Part shown: positions 62,495-64,000 of the stretch, piece after piece | Numbering within the stretch: the stretch's first letter is position 1 | Layout: each line of letters begins with the position of its first letter | Assembly: GCF_006345805.1 (NCBI RefSeq) | Contig: NC_042998.1 | Location: forward strand, 139,686,001 to 139,750,000 | Reading direction: 5' to 3' | DNA from: Octopus sinensis | Lineage: Eukaryota | DNA length: 64,000 nucleotides | Made by a program: the position numbers and the translations under genes | The notes under the pieces: model-generated | Database searches by the model: none | What the model was told of the DNA's origin: nothing | Seen by the model: the letters and a program-made list of their open reading frames with translations, nothing else

Positions 62495-63749
62495 CGAGGG
62501 GCGTTCAATAAGTAATGCCCCTGACCCACTTCCCATAGTAGTAGAGCAACGAAACTTGGCACAGTTATTAGTCTTTTTCTACATAGGAACCACCCAGAGT
62601 TACGCATTTCTCCCATCGTTTGATGCGGCTCTGGAGACCGTTTTTGTAGAAGAACCCAGCTTGGTCCTCCAACCTCAACGTGATTTCAGAAATCAAGGCT
62701 GCATCATCTGGGAAACGCTTTCCTTTCAAAAACAACTTCATGATTGGGAAGAGGTGAAAATCAGAGGGTGCAAGGTCAGGAAAGTAGGGGGGATGGGGAG
62801 GAGTTCATAGCCATACACCTGTGCTTCTGATCTGGCGACAAGCGAGTTGTGGACCGGAGCGTTGTCCTGCAGGAGGAGGATGCCTTTGCTTATCTTGCCC
62901 CGCCTCTTGATTTTGATAGCTTCTCTTAATTTCCTCAAAAGTGAAGCATAATAGGCTCCTGCAATTGTGGTACCCTTTGCCAGGAAATCTGTCATCACTA
63001 CTCCGTCCTGGTCCCAGAAGACTGTGAGCATGACCTTGCCTTCTTTGGAGGGGGTGAGTCACGGTGCTTCCACTGCATTGACTGGGCTTTGGTCTCTGGA
63101 TCATCGTGATGGACCCAAGTTTCATCCTGTGTAACCAGTCTTTTGAAAAATTTTGACTCATCTTCTTGGCACATCTCCATTTTCACCCTCGGGCACTCGA
63201 CACGTTCTTGCTTCTGGAAAGGCGTGAGCAACCTGGGAATCCATCAGACACCTTTTGCATATGCAAATGGTCATGAATGATAGTTTCCACAGACCCGGTA
63301 CTAATCTTGACCTCATGGGCTATTTGACGAATAATTATGCGTCGATCTTCCAAAATGGCAGCCTCAACTTGACGGACAGATGCCTCATCAATGGCAGAAA
63401 GGGGCGACCAGATCTGGGAGCTGTTTCCACAGTTCCGACCATGTTTGAATTCACGATGCCAGCGTATTACAAGGTCATATGATGGGGCATCATCACCATA
63501 AGTTACTTTCATTTCATCAAAAGTCTCCCGTGGTGTGCGTCCTTTCAAATACAAAAACCGGATCACTGCTCGACACTCAACAGGCTCCATTTCACACTTG
63601 ACTCGGTTCAAACACCTGTAAATCAGAAACCACAATTAATTCAGAGCTGTAATTTACCACTTACTCTATAGAGATATAAATGATTGCACATGCAGCTAGA
63701 TCAAACAACTGCAAGTGGGTCAGAGGCATTACTTATTGAACGTCCCTCG
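62495..63749 (-). mobile_element. Full-length mariner (D,D34D) with frameshifted transposase
   Basis: TA|CGAGGGGCGTTCAATAAGTAATGCCCCTGACCCACTT 37-bp TIR (2 mismatches); MEPVECRAVIRFLYLKG, VTQDETWVHH, LQDNAPVH, PDLAPSDFHLF (34 residues between D2 and D3 after one frameshift correction). Confidence 0.96.
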
Positions 63750-64000
63750 TAGTGTTAAAAACAGAGTAATACTGAAACAATTGTAACTAATTTCTCCATC
63801 TTGCTTGGGACTTACAAAAAAAAATAAAAGAAAAAAAACAACCAGTCATGATGCTGTCCCGTAAACTACCCTCATGCTCACCAAGTTCTTCACCAAAATA
63901 AAATGCCTCAATAGACTACAAAACAAACGTAAACAAAAGACATTACTGAAGAAAACTAAATTCAGGTAATTGAAAAAATAATTTACACACTGGTTCTGAA

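Overview
Eukaryotic, AT-rich, repeat-saturated animal DNA. The SINE families, microsatellite load and (TTAGGG)n-type repeat resemble octopus/coleoid cephalopod sequence (recall, not a database match). Most of the window is microsatellites, at least four tRNA-derived SINE families (labelled A-D here) and decayed elements: Penelope-like, RTE, Tx1/L1 and CR1 LINEs, mariner, Tc2, hAT, piggyBac and a Helentron-type MITE. One convincing host gene is present: a 341-aa GT32 (DXD, OCH1/SUR1-like) glycosyltransferase at 54356-55381 (+), encoded in one exon with a clear splice acceptor at 54320/54321 and a candidate in-frame upstream exon ending at 46657. CpG decay switches on at about 48-51 kb, consistent with a methylated gene body. 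The most unusual non-coding observations are: (1) Penelope-like termini carrying hammerhead-ribozyme-like motifs, repeatedly lodged in the central microsatellite of SINE family A; (2) a SINE forming fixed-junction head-to-tail concatemers whose tail resembles a Tx1 LINE 3' end; (3) a long-TIR element carrying telomere-like repeats. Almost all ORFs in the supplied track are translated microsatellites or TE fragments. Repeat boundaries are by eye and approximate (about +/-20 bp unless a TIR or TSD is quoted).
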